Origin: a virus
Virus record (IMG/VR): IMGVR_UViG_3300045988_107814
Coordinates: 154,922 to 218,921 of that record
Direction: 5' to 3' (one strand)
DNA: 64,000 nucleotides
The position numbers and the translations under genes were made by a program. This document shows positions 24,119-34,136 of the stretch, piece by piece. The notes beneath the pieces are model-generated. The model saw only the letters and a program-made list of their open reading frames with translations, was not told where the DNA came from and did not search any database. Position 1 is the stretch's first letter, and every line of letters starts with the position of its first letter.

Positions 24119-26416
24119 TTATTCTTTAAGCAAAAGATCTTTGTTAGAATTGATATATCTCATTTCTTGTAACTCCTTCTCAATATCTTCGACTGTATAT
24201 CTTACAAGTTTTCTATCACCATCAGGTTTTAGAGTAGACTCAGCAAGCATAACTGGATTCATTTCACCAAGTCCCTTAAATCTCTTCAATCTAGCAGGTT
24301 TGAAACTCTCAAAGATTGTCATAAGATCATACAATGTCATTCTAGTATCGTTAACAATATATTCTGAATCAGAACTATCAATGAATGAGATTACTTCTTT
24401 ACATTCTTTGATAAGCATATCATTAAAGAATACTTTATGATATTTGTCATTAGCTACACCTTCAATTATGATCATACCATTTACTTGAGTAACTTCGATA
24501 AATCTGTACAGTTTCTTGATAATGGATTTAAACTTATTAAACGGTAATTTTCTATTGACAAGAATATGTTCTAACAACTTCGGATCAATTGCGTGATTAA
24601 ACGATACTTTGTTAAGCTCACTAATATAATCTTCATTGTTATATAGGATTCTTGTAATTTCAGCAGGTTTAAGTTCTTTTCCACTAACAGATTTAATCTT
24701 ATACTGTTTACTAAATTCACTCTGTACATACTTAACAAAGTCAAGCATATTAGAGAAATATTTGTAATCATTGTTACCCTTAGGAATTGCAAATAGAGGC
24801 GGTAGAGCTGCAAATAATCTTCCAGCTTCTACAAAAGGTGCACAATATAACATAAAGAATCTCAACCATAGAGTTCTAATATGTGCACCATCTGGATCGG
24901 CATCTGCCATGATAATTACTCTAGATATCTTGCATTTAGATAAGTTAAAGTTCTTACCATATCCAGCTCCCATGATAGTCAATACACCAGAGAGTTCGTC
25001 ATTTTTCAAAATCTCTGCTTTTGACTTTTCAAATGCATTTGGAATTTTACCTCTTGAAGGAAGAATACCTTGATGTGCCTGATCTCTTACGTTTCTTGCT
25101 GAACCATACGCAGAATCACCCTCAACAATTATGAGTTCGTTATCGTGCTTACTATTCGGTCTCAGATATTTTTCTGGAAGACCCGAAAACGGCGACGCTT
25201 CGAACATCGAAGACAGTTTAATTTTATCTTTGTCTTGTTTATTTCTCATCTCGATAACTTCTTTGAAATATTTACAAAGTTTCTGAAGTTCCGAAGAATG
25301 AGATTTAGACCATTCATTTAAACCGGCAATAATTGTCTGAGAAACAAAAGGTTTCATATCTTCATTACTAAGCAATTCCTTAGCTTGACCATTATATAAT
25401 GCTCTAAGATGGAAAGTACTGATAGCAAGTTTAAGTCCTTGTCTAATATCTTGTACAGTACAAGTTAGTTTATTCTTTGCTTTAGAGTTCTTAAGATAAA
25501 TCTTATTCATATAATCCCTAAAGTATCTAGTGATACCATCAAGAGCACCGTCTACATGAGTACCACCATCAGTAGGACAAGTGTTATTCAAGGAAATAAT
25601 CTCCTCGTCGCTACCAGTATCATAGGTAAAAGCAACTTCCATCTTATGAGTACCATCATCATTTCTAATAATGATAGGTTCAATAAATGGATTTTGAGTC
25701 ATATTAATAAGATGAGTTATAATACCATCTCTGTTTTCAATAGATTCAATATGCTTTTTACCACCAATATCAATGCCTGTATATTCTACATGAGTACCAA
25801 TTGGAGTTGATGGTACAATGATAGAAATAAGATCATAAATATCTTTCCAAGTAGTAGTTACAGTACCAATTACTGTTTCATTAGGAATAAACGAGATTGT
25901 AGAACCTTGTCTATCACCACATTTAATATCTACTTCACCCTTCTTCCAAATATGACCTTCGATAAATTCTACATGCTTAGCTTTACCCAGCACATAGCTA
26001 TCTACAGTAAATTTACTAGAAAGGGCATTTGTAGTAGAACCACCACAACCATTCTTACCAGCAGAATATTTATATGGTTCTTTTACATAGTTAGATGAAG
26101 TATGGCTAGTACCAAAGATAATACCAATTTTACCATGAGGAATACCTCTACCATTATCACTAACTGTAACTTTATGAGTTCTTTCATCATATTCTACAAA
26201 GATATTTTGAGAAAATGCATTTCCTTTAAGAATTTCATCAATAGAGTTTTGAAAAATCTCTCTTACCATTGTAATAAATGCAGCATTATCTTTTACTTTT
26301 CCTATATATACGTCAGGTGTTTGTCTTACCTGTTCTACAAAGTCTGAGATTTGTTTTATTTCGTCTCCATAATTCTTGGCTCTATCTTCTAATGAAGATG
26401 TTTTTATTTTCTTCAT
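24119..26416 (-). CDS. type IIA DNA topoisomerase, subunit B (GyrB/ParE-like ATPase-Toprim)
   Basis: GHKL motifs SDNGRGIP and GKNGCGGS. Toprim IIVEGDSAYGSA, LPSRGKIPN and IMADADPDGAHI. Start moved to ATG 26416 (MKKIKTSS...) after AAGGAGG. Confidence 0.92.
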   Translation of the reverse strand: MKKIKTSSLEDRAKNYGDEIKQISDFVEQVRQTPDVYIGKVKDNAAFITMVREIFQNSIDEILKGNAFSQNIFVEYDERTHKVTVSDNGRGIPHGKIGIIFGTSHTSSNYVKEPYKYSAGKNGCGGSTTNALSSKFTVDSYVLGKAKHVEFIEGHIWKKGEVDIKCGDRQGSTISFIPNETVIGTVTTTWKDIYDLISIIVPSTPIGTHVEYTGIDIGGKKHIESIENRDGIITHLINMTQNPFIEPIIIRNDDGTHKMEVAFTYDTGSDEEIISLNNTCPTDGGTHVDGALDGITRYFRDYMNKIYLKNSKAKNKLTCTVQDIRQGLKLAISTFHLRALYNGQAKELLSNEDMKPFVSQTIIAGLNEWSKSHSSELQKLCKYFKEVIEMRNKQDKDKIKLSSMFEASPFSGLPEKYLRPNSKHDNELIIVEGDSAYGSARNVRDQAHQGILPSRGKIPNAFEKSKAEILKNDELSGVLTIMGAGYGKNFNLSKCKISRVIIMADADPDGAHIRTLWLRFFMLYCAPFVEAGRLFAALPPLFAIPKGNNDYKYFSNMLDFVKYVQSEFSKQYKIKSVSGKELKPAEITRILYNNEDYISELNKVSFNHAIDPKLLEHILVNRKLPFNKFKSIIKKLYRFIEVTQVNGMIIIEGVANDKYHKVFFNDMLIKECKEVISFIDSSDSEYIVNDTRMTLYDLMTIFESFKPARLKRFKGLGEMNPVMLAESTLKPDGDRKLVRYTVEDIEKELQEMRYINSNKDLLLKE

Positions 26417-26474
26417 TATTGACCTCCTTAACAAAAAAGGTAGCAATTTTCAACTACCCTTTTTATAAATTTAA

Positions 26475-26504
26475 TGTACACTCTACACAAAGGTAGAGTG
26501 TACA
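26475..26504 (-). other. 12-bp hairpin without T tract between the Q-rich gene and the topoisomerase B gene
   Basis: TGTACACTCTAC acaaag GTAGAGTGTACA. Confidence 0.4.
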
Positions 26505-26551
26505 CCAAACTTATGTTATATTATTGCTTATATCCTTATGAACAACTACTA

Positions 26552-27502
26552 TTATACCTTAGTAGTAGCAGTAGTTGTATTATTCTGACCTCCCATAGCC
26601 GGATTAGCTGTAGGTGCAACAGGTGCTCCAGGCATAGGAATATTCTGAAGCTGAGGTGTTGCTGTCTGCGGCTGAGGAGTCATCTGAGGCTGCTGCTGTG
26701 GCTGGCCATTCTGAACGAAAGGATTACCACCCATCATTGTACCACCCATTGGCATAGGTGCACCCATCATTTGCTGCTGAGGATACTGTGTCGGCTGCTG
26801 CTGATATCCCATAGGCTGCTGATACGGCATCTGCTGAGGCATCATCTGCGGCTGTGTCGGCTGCTGATATGCACCTGGCATAGGCTGCTGATAGCCCATA
26901 TTGCCATTCGGAATGAAATAATTCGGAACTGCACCAATAGTACCGTTAAAGTATCCATTGTTCCAATTACCCTGATAGCCGATGCCGGATACCATATTGC
27001 TGGAATTCTTCATATCGTTCTTTAAATTAGTAATTGCATCATTGTAATATTGCGGGAACAAATTTCGTACAATGCCGATAGCTTTGTTGATTTCATTTAC
27101 GTTATCTCCACATTCTTTTGTAGTGGCTTTTGCTGTCATGCCAGCATTTGTCAGAAACGTAATCATTTGCTCTACAACTTCTTTAGATGCTACAACCATG
27201 TTAAAAGTAACATTTGTACCTTTGACTCTAACAAGATTTGTTGCCGGATCAATCACTTCAAGAGCGAGAGTTCCATCAGCATTTCTAAAATTCCATTCTT
27301 CTAGGAGCAACTGTTCCTGTGTAAGAGTCAGACCATTCTGATTTTTCTTACGGATGATATCAAGCTGTTCATTAGTAAGATTAGATCTTACAGACTGTGG
27401 AGTATTACCAAAGACTACTCCATTGTTCTGTGCAAAGCCCATAGGCTGTGCAAATGCGTTTGCGGGCTGATTGTTCTGCTGCTGAAAAATACTTCCATAC
27501 AT
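26552..27502 (-). CDS. Gln/Pro/Met/Gly-rich low-complexity protein with a folded central domain
   Basis: AAGGAGG SD. N-terminus MYGSIFQQQNNQPANAFAQPMGF. C-terminal ~125 aa reads (GYQQPMPGAYQQPTQPQMMPQQMPYQQPMGYQQQPTQYPQQQMMGAPMPMGG...). The coding DNA at 26552-26935 is visibly GC-rich (CAG/CCN/GGN codons). Confidence 0.8.
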   Translation of the reverse strand: MYGSIFQQQNNQPANAFAQPMGFAQNNGVVFGNTPQSVRSNLTNEQLDIIRKKNQNGLTLTQEQLLLEEWNFRNADGTLALEVIDPATNLVRVKGTNVTFNMVVASKEVVEQMITFLTNAGMTAKATTKECGDNVNEINKAIGIVRNLFPQYYNDAITNLKNDMKNSSNMVSGIGYQGNWNNGYFNGTIGAVPNYFIPNGNMGYQQPMPGAYQQPTQPQMMPQQMPYQQPMGYQQQPTQYPQQQMMGAPMPMGGTMMGGNPFVQNGQPQQQPQMTPQPQTATPQLQNIPMPGAPVAPTANPAMGGQNNTTTATTKV

Positions 27503-27574
27503 GGTGTATTTTCCTCCTTTTATAAAATTTATTTGATTGAGATTTCTCTCTAATCATCAATATGATATATAATC

Positions 27575-27590
27575 ATTTACTTTTTTGTTA
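27575..27590 (-). promoter_or_regulatory. variant copy of the 16-nt motif upstream of the Q-rich gene
   Basis: Minus strand reads TAACAAAAAAGTAAAT. Here GTAAATGATT can also pair with the upstream AATCATTTAC. Confidence 0.35.
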
Positions 27591-27609
27591 AGTTCATTGT
27601 AAATGATTA

Positions 27610-28089
27610 TTACAGAAACTTAGTTGCGTCGATATTGATAATCTCATCGTCTGGACGCAAACCACGTTTTTCTGTAGTTGTACTATTCTGACCCATAAAG
27701 TATGTTCTTTCATCCTGTAATTGAGTCATTTGCATAAAGTAACGCTTTCTAGTTTCTTCATTAGTTAGTCCTTCATCTACTTTTGCTTTAAGCAAATTAT
27801 CTAAACATAATCTGTCTAAGACTGTACCAATAAATTCAATACTACCATAATCCATTACTTTAACACACATTGGATAAAGACGAGAATCTAAAGTCTTAGT
27901 TTCTACAGTATTTGGGAAAATGAAATAAACTAGTTCATTTGTATCATCCCAAAGCATACAAACATCAGCTTCTGAAAAACATTCATTGCCATCTCCACCC
28001 ATTACTTTTAATGGAAGAGCTACTCCTCTTTCTTTGCCTGGAAGATTGTGTAGCTCTTTTCTTATTCTAATAACTTGTTCTTTGGTCAT
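27610..28089 (-). CDS. hypothetical protein
   Basis: 159-aa ORF, AAAGGAGG SD. Confidence 0.7.
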   Translation of the reverse strand: MTKEQVIRIRKELHNLPGKERGVALPLKVMGGDGNECFSEADVCMLWDDTNELVYFIFPNTVETKTLDSRLYPMCVKVMDYGSIEFIGTVLDRLCLDNLLKAKVDEGLTNEETRKRYFMQMTQLQDERTYFMGQNSTTTEKRGLRPDDEIINIDATKFL

Positions 28090-28132
28090 AGTATCAACCT
28101 CCTTTGATTTATATGAAAGTTGATACTATTAT

Positions 28133-28666
28133 TTAGATAAATCTGACCGAAGGGTTACCCCATTTATTATTAGTTTTATAAATCAATCTACACAGATTAA
28201 CCATGAAAGTATAATCTGAAAAGTTTGAATTAATAAAACCGCTGAGCATAGCATACGCATTATAATAGTATGCATATGTCTCATCAATAAAATGAATAGC
28301 TGGAATATTATTGATCTCTTCATTAATCTTTTCCAGTTGTTCTTGTCTATACTCTTCAGCAACAGAATTAACAGAGTTTACTCTATTCTGCTTCCACTGC
28401 TGTACAATGTTATACAACGGCAAGATATTCGTGATCTTAGTAGCATAGTAATTATACAATGCCGTTGCTATAGAATAAGAACACAAATCTTTAAAATCTG
28501 GATTTGTGTTAATATTTGTTTCACCCATGTTTCCGAAATACAGATCCTTTACTACATTTTCAATGAATCTGTTAAGAGTATCTGGATGAATCCTCGTAGT
28601 CCAATCAGGTCCAAGAGATTGTCTCTGGTTACTCATCCATGACTTTCTTTCTTTAAACTGTGCCAT
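28133..28666 (-). CDS. hypothetical protein
   Basis: 177-aa ORF, AAAGGAGG SD overlapping the end of the upstream gene. Confidence 0.7.
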   Translation of the reverse strand: MAQFKERKSWMSNQRQSLGPDWTTRIHPDTLNRFIENVVKDLYFGNMGETNINTNPDFKDLCSYSIATALYNYYATKITNILPLYNIVQQWKQNRVNSVNSVAEEYRQEQLEKINEEINNIPAIHFIDETYAYYYNAYAMLSGFINSNFSDYTFMVNLCRLIYKTNNKWGNPSVRFI

Positions 28667-28670
28667 TTTA

Positions 28671-29150
28671 TTAGTCCTCCTTTAAAAATGTACCTCCAAA
28701 CAATGCATTACCTGTAGTACTTGTATTGTTTGGCACTGGGTTTACTACTTCTTCTTCGATATAACTGTTAAGTTCATCGAATTCTTCATTTGGATATGAC
28801 TTATTGCATAAACCAATGAATCTATAAAGAGACACTGCTTTGCCAGCATCTACTCCTTCTACCATTACGATAGACTTCTTGATGTCGATGATCTTTTCTG
28901 CTTCCATATCAGCAATAAGATAATTCTTAATTGTATTGAATACATTATATCGACCATCTACAATGATAGCTTCGTTAACTTCAACACCCTCTGCAATCTG
29001 ACTTTCCAGAGTATCGGTTGTAACGAAAATAACTGTATATCTTTTTTCTTCGGGCGATTTTGCATCAGACGGAACGATACCTGATTTATTCATTCTGTCC
29101 AATTGTTCCTGTGTGACATGTCCATTCAATTCTGTGAACAATCCTGCCAT
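28671..29150 (-). CDS. hypothetical protein
   Basis: 159-aa ORF, TAGGAGG SD. Confidence 0.7.
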   Translation of the reverse strand: MAGLFTELNGHVTQEQLDRMNKSGIVPSDAKSPEEKRYTVIFVTTDTLESQIAEGVEVNEAIIVDGRYNVFNTIKNYLIADMEAEKIIDIKKSIVMVEGVDAGKAVSLYRFIGLCNKSYPNEEFDELNSYIEEEVVNPVPNNTSTTGNALFGGTFLKED

Positions 29151-29177
29151 TTTAATTTCCTCCTAAAATTTTATAAA

Positions 29178-29203
29178 ATGTGGATATTCTTATATATCCA
29201 CAT
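29178..29203 (-). terminator. terminator after the helicase gene
   Basis: ATGTGGATAT tcttat ATATCCACAT followed on the minus strand by a T-rich tract. Confidence 0.65.
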
Positions 29204-29228
29204 TAATAGTATATACTTAAGTGTATAT

Positions 29229-30437
29229 TTACCAAAATTTTTTAGGTCTCTTCTTTACATAGATACAATGTTGTCTAAAACGAGTTATACCTACATAATG
29301 AAGATTATTGTTTATATTCCTATTTAGATATTCTTCAAAGTAAATTCCGTTATTAAATTCAGATCCTTGACTCATATGAGTAGTAATAGCATATCCGAAT
29401 TCAAATTTATTACCTTTAGAAAAATGAGTTTGAAGAATAGAATCTCTACCTTTTTTATCTGCGACCATATATCTATAATCTACATCTATATCTTTGAAAT
29501 AAGTATTGATTATATCTGGTTTAAAAGACATCTTAAAGGTATGATCTGTATTGTTAAAACTAGATGGTGTAATCATAGATACACAGTTACCTACAAGTCC
29601 ATTAGTTAAGTTTATACCACTAGATTCTTCTTGCCAATTATTCTTTCTACAAACTAATCTCTCACCAAGATTAGGTATAGAATTAGTAAATCCAAACATA
29701 TCATGTCTAACATGATTGTTTATATTATCTCGTGTTATATTCTTACTACAAATAACAATATCTGATTTAGAAATCATATCATCATTTACTTCATCTTCGT
29801 ATAACACAGTTACATTCTTGAATTTACCATGTGGTAGAGGAATTCCTTTAATAAGCATTTGAGAAAACTTAATGATTGTATTGTCATTAGCTTGTCTCAT
29901 AATCTCTGTTAGCTTATGAATTTTCCATGGTTCTGTAAGATATCCAGCTTTACCTACGACTGGTGGTAATTGATCTATATCACCTGCGGCTATTACTGGA
30001 ATACCCATCTTATCTATAACAGCACGCATTTCAATAGGAACCATGCCGGCTTCGTCTATAATAATAAGATCAAATCCATATAAACATTCTTTAGGAATGA
30101 ATACCATTTTGTACTTTGGTTTATTGAATACTGGATCTAATATAGGACTTCCTTTATCATCAATAATAGGAACCTCTTTAAAGTCATACAACCAAGAAAA
30201 AATGGTTCCAGCATTATGTATTCCTTTTGTACGCATGTTAATAGCCGCAGACCCAGTATAAGCCATGGGTGCGATTCTATTAACATCTATTCCAAGTGCG
30301 TTTACAATTGTATTAATAAGAAATGTTTTGCCAGAACCAGGCGGACCAGATATCTCAAATGTCTGCTCTGATCCATTACGCCACCAATCTATAGCTTCAT
30401 TAAAAACTTTTTTTTGAGATTCGTTTAATTCAATCAT
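29229..30437 (-). CDS. SF1 DNA helicase, Dda/RecD-like
   Basis: Walker A GPPGSGKTF, Walker B LIIIDEAGMV, AAGDIDQLPPV, and YAITTHMSQGSEF (compare TIHKSQGSEF). ATGA overlap with the upstream gene. Confidence 0.88.
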   Translation of the reverse strand: MIELNESQKKVFNEAIDWWRNGSEQTFEISGPPGSGKTFLINTIVNALGIDVNRIAPMAYTGSAAINMRTKGIHNAGTIFSWLYDFKEVPIIDDKGSPILDPVFNKPKYKMVFIPKECLYGFDLIIIDEAGMVPIEMRAVIDKMGIPVIAAGDIDQLPPVVGKAGYLTEPWKIHKLTEIMRQANDNTIIKFSQMLIKGIPLPHGKFKNVTVLYEDEVNDDMISKSDIVICSKNITRDNINNHVRHDMFGFTNSIPNLGERLVCRKNNWQEESSGINLTNGLVGNCVSMITPSSFNNTDHTFKMSFKPDIINTYFKDIDVDYRYMVADKKGRDSILQTHFSKGNKFEFGYAITTHMSQGSEFNNGIYFEEYLNRNINNNLHYVGITRFRQHCIYVKKRPKKFW

Positions 30438-30946
30438 TTCTTTTTAACTCCTTTTATAGATTGCTGTAGGCTTCTTTCCAAATTAATCTGAGAGTCAAAT
30501 AATCCCATATCTTCAATCTGATAGTTATCCATAATATAAATAAGGTCGATCCAACAAACAGATTCATTTGTAAAAGCATGAGATACAAAGTCACCTTTAT
30601 TAGTTCTACAAGTAGCATATAACATATTTGGATTATTTATATACTTAGAGATGAAAAACGAATTAACTCTAAAACTTGGATCTTCTTTCATACGAACAAT
30701 TGCATATTTGTTAAACAAGAAATATGCAATCTTTCTATTATTGAAAGGATCATAATTAATAGAATACTTATCTGGGATTTCTGACTGCACTTTGGGATAA
30801 CTAATTGTCTTTCCATCAATAGTGATCGGAACTCCATTTTCAATAAAGATACCATTACTGATATTGATTTCGAGCATCATTACGAGTTCTTGCTCGATTT
30901 GTTCCATTCTTTCCTTTACATCTGATACGTTATAACCAATTTCCAT
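30434..30946 (-). CDS. hypothetical protein
   Basis: 170-aa ORF, AAAGGAGA SD. Confidence 0.7.
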   Translation of the reverse strand: MEIGYNVSDVKERMEQIEQELVMMLEINISNGIFIENGVPITIDGKTISYPKVQSEIPDKYSINYDPFNNRKIAYFLFNKYAIVRMKEDPSFRVNSFFISKYINNPNMLYATCRTNKGDFVSHAFTNESVCWIDLIYIMDNYQIEDMGLFDSQINLERSLQQSIKGVKKK

Positions 30947-31030
30947 AATAATTTGTTCTCCTTTACGAATTTAGTTTGAGATATGCTCTCTCAACACTTT
31001 TATAATATATAAATTGAAAGGGGTTTGAAT

Positions 31031-31381
31031 ATGAAGGATTATTCTAATTACAATTTTATCCATGAAGCAGTACTATATGAAACTGTGGATAAGTATGAAG
31101 AACAAGGATTACGACATCCATTCTTCATAAAAGCTTTAGTTCCATTAGAGACAGAAGCTGGTCAAACTATAAATATTGATAAATCTAATATTTATAATAA
31201 AGACCTTACTTGGTTGTCTACTTATACAATGACTAGTGAAAGAACAATAGATCTATTTATACCTAAATATATTATGCTAGATTATCCAGACAAATATATT
31301 CCAAAAGGTACCAAGTTCTTAGTTGCTTTCATTGGTGGTAACTTGAATAATTGTCAAATAATTGGGAGGTGTTATGAATGA
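31031..31381 (+). CDS. hypothetical protein
   Basis: ORF 31025-31381 (TTG). ATG 31031 is better spaced from AAAGGGG. Confidence 0.6.
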   Translation: MKDYSNYNFIHEAVLYETVDKYEEQGLRHPFFIKALVPLETEAGQTINIDKSNIYNKDLTWLSTYTMTSERTIDLFIPKYIMLDYPDKYIPKGTKFLVAFIGGNLNNCQIIGRCYE

Positions 31382-31809
31382 GTACTAAAACTAGTACTAC
31401 TTTTACTTTAGATCAATTTGCAGATAGTAAGTCTTCTAATGATATATCATACTATAGTATGAGTTTATTAGAAAGAGATCCTAATACCAATATAGAATAT
31501 GATGTATTTAATGTTGTATCTGATTATATGAATGAATTGAAAGAAATGTCTCATTCTGTTACTTTGACTGATACTGAATACTATACTTATAGATTTAAAC
31601 CAAAGTTATTAGCTAAGTTCTTATATGGTAATACGGAACTTTACTTCATAATCTTATGGTTAAATGATATGTGGTCTGTTAAGGATTTCAATCTAAGAAC
31701 TATAAAGCTTATAAAAAATACAGAACTCGCTGAGGCATTAAGCAAAATCAATGCCTCAGAAAAGTCCTTTATCAAAGCTTATAATGAATCTGCTTTAGCT
31801 AATTATTAA
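31378..31809 (+). CDS. hypothetical protein
   Basis: 143-aa ORF, GGGAGG SD, ATGA overlap with the upstream gene. Confidence 0.65.
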   Translation: MSTKTSTTFTLDQFADSKSSNDISYYSMSLLERDPNTNIEYDVFNVVSDYMNELKEMSHSVTLTDTEYYTYRFKPKLLAKFLYGNTELYFIILWLNDMWSVKDFNLRTIKLIKNTELAEALSKINASEKSFIKAYNESALANY

Positions 31810-33959
31810 GATGCATTTACTTTACGTAAATACTTCATATATGCATCTTGATCAATTGTAGGAACTCTTACAAACAAACCATTGGATGAACAATCATCTT
31901 CCTGAACATAAGTCTTTGTAGGTTTTACGAACTTATCCATATCAGGCATTTCTCCATTTTTCATCATCATAAAGTGAGAGTATAACATTCCGAAGTCTTT
32001 TTCTGTAAATAGATCTTCTCCAGAATGACCATACTTTATATTATAATCATGTGCAAGTCTTTCTTCTTTACTACCAGTAGGATCGTAAAGTCTAGTATAT
32101 TCATCAGAATATCTAGAAATACCATTTAAAGAATTTATAGTTGAACTCATAATATTACTCATTCCCTTTCCAAGAGACTTTCTAAGTTTCTGTTCTGGAC
32201 TTTCAGCGTTTAAATTTGGTAAACCATTAATTAACTTAGGCTCTAATCTCCAATAAACACTATATATTGGCTTTGTTCCATCACTGTTAAGAGCAATGGG
32301 GTTCTGCAATTGCGGAGCCTCATTTTCTCCTAAAATTGACGGTTTACGATCATCATTGTTAGGAATTTCAATAGTTTCGTCTACTTCACATTCCACATTC
32401 TTACAACTCAAATCAAGCATATATACAGGTTCTTTCATATTGACATCACATACAAGATTGATGCTGTCAATATCTTTATATGGTTGATAAATACCTGTAC
32501 TATAATCTAACGGTTTTGTATAAGGATCAAATCTATGTTTTACCAACTTAAACGACAAATATTTCTCCTTTGTATTCTTAATCTTAGAAGGAGTAATGAT
32601 AAATGCACCGTCCAAATTATTAAGGATAAGCATAGACTCACCCATATTACTTCTGTCAATACAAGAAAGCAAATTAAGCATACCCTTTTCTCTTGCTTCA
32701 TCAACTTTCTTATTTGCTTCTCTATTCAACTGGCCTGCTGTTATAATCGGAATATCCATATCTGATGCAATAGTTTTAAATTCATTGATAATTGCACCAA
32801 GTCTTAGTCTTTCTTCTGAAGCACTAAATCTATCAATAGACTTAATTACATTGATATAGTCTACTATATAACAGATTACTTCATAATTACTTTCAGCCAA
32901 AGTATCTGAAAAATCATAAAGATATCCAGTATCAATTGAATTGCTAGGTTCATATTTAATAATAAGGTCAATAGGATTCTCGTCATTAACTACCAATCCA
33001 TTCTCTCTCATCAACTGAACTACTTTATCACTATCACCAATATCACTCATTCTCTGACCAGTTACCATAGAACATAGACGAGTAAAAGTTTCTCTCTTAG
33101 TATTCTCAAGAGTAAGATATACGATAGCAGGTTTCTTAGTAGGATCTTTTGTCTTGTAATTTTTATTAAACATCTTCATCTGAAGACCAAGGTTAAGAAG
33201 TGTCAATGATTTACCCTCACCTTGTAATCCAAAAAATCCATATACTCTAGTACTTTCAAATCCACCACCAAGAAGATAATTCACACCAACCATACCAGTA
33301 GATAATTTGCTAGATGTATTGGTCACATATGAATAAGTATCTTTTGCGTATTCCTCGAATATACCAGGTCTAAGAGATACAAACTCCTGTTCTGAGTTTA
33401 TAACCTTATTATTTCTGATATGATTATTACAATCAGAAACCATAGTCTTCCAATTGTTTACAATAGCAGATTTCTCATATGCTGTAGCACTATCAAAATC
33501 TCTACTGATTTCTGCAAATTTATGAATATATGAAGAAAATGTTGCACTATCTAACAAACTAGTTGCCATAGTGTTTACATATTCTACATCTTGATTTGAC
33601 ATCTCTTGAAAATTAATATTATAATTTCCAGCATGAATTGTATCTTTAGAAACGATATAATCCATTACTTTCTTAGAATCAATCAAACCATACTTTAGCC
33701 TTGCATCTAATGCAAATCTAATAAAATCTATTCTTTCAATATCAGCATCACTTTTATAATCACTAGGATTAATAATACTGAATAATTCTTTGATTGTTTT
33801 ATAACCTCTTGTCTTGATATTTCTATTTTCAGATACAAGATAAGAACAAATCAAATCCAAAATAACATAACTTAATTTCTGAGTTAATTCTCTTACTGGT
33901 TCAGACGATCTACCTCTTGCATTACTTTTTCCATACTTTTGTGAGATCTTAATTGCCAT
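31806..33959 (-). CDS. DnaB-family replicative helicase with long N- and C-terminal extensions
   Basis: Walker A GLQGEGKSLTLLNLG, Walker B ICYIVDYINVI, and ITAGQLNREA (DnaB QLxR motif). Start moved to ATG 33959 (MAIKISQ...) after GGAGG. Confidence 0.85.
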   Translation of the reverse strand: MAIKISQKYGKSNARGRSSEPVRELTQKLSYVILDLICSYLVSENRNIKTRGYKTIKELFSIINPSDYKSDADIERIDFIRFALDARLKYGLIDSKKVMDYIVSKDTIHAGNYNINFQEMSNQDVEYVNTMATSLLDSATFSSYIHKFAEISRDFDSATAYEKSAIVNNWKTMVSDCNNHIRNNKVINSEQEFVSLRPGIFEEYAKDTYSYVTNTSSKLSTGMVGVNYLLGGGFESTRVYGFFGLQGEGKSLTLLNLGLQMKMFNKNYKTKDPTKKPAIVYLTLENTKRETFTRLCSMVTGQRMSDIGDSDKVVQLMRENGLVVNDENPIDLIIKYEPSNSIDTGYLYDFSDTLAESNYEVICYIVDYINVIKSIDRFSASEERLRLGAIINEFKTIASDMDIPIITAGQLNREANKKVDEAREKGMLNLLSCIDRSNMGESMLILNNLDGAFIITPSKIKNTKEKYLSFKLVKHRFDPYTKPLDYSTGIYQPYKDIDSINLVCDVNMKEPVYMLDLSCKNVECEVDETIEIPNNDDRKPSILGENEAPQLQNPIALNSDGTKPIYSVYWRLEPKLINGLPNLNAESPEQKLRKSLGKGMSNIMSSTINSLNGISRYSDEYTRLYDPTGSKEERLAHDYNIKYGHSGEDLFTEKDFGMLYSHFMMMKNGEMPDMDKFVKPTKTYVQEDDCSSNGLFVRVPTIDQDAYMKYLRKVNAS

Positions 33960-34074
33960 TATAACAACCTCCAATACTTTAATTTCTCTATCTATATTAA
34001 TTTATTGTTTGTAGTGTGGTATTTTAATACAAAAAATAATCGTCAGATTACCCATTACGTTAGAATACGAAAAA

Positions 34075-34106
34075 ATAAAGGAGGTGAATAAAATCACCTC
34101 CTTTAT
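34075..34106 (-). terminator. rho-independent terminator after gene 34137-34709
   Basis: ATAAAGGAGGTGA ataaaa TCACCTCCTTTAT, 13-bp stem, TTTTT on the minus strand. Confidence 0.8.
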
Positions 34107-34136
34107 TCTGTTATTTGATTAAAATGTCACGTTTAA

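Noticed and set aside
26474-27025. 183-aa plus-strand ORF (Leu/Arg/His/Cys-rich) opposite the Q-rich gene
   Set aside because: It is an artefact of CTGCTG (antisense CAGCAG) repeats keeping the opposite frame open. It has no SD, and it begins inside an intergenic hairpin.
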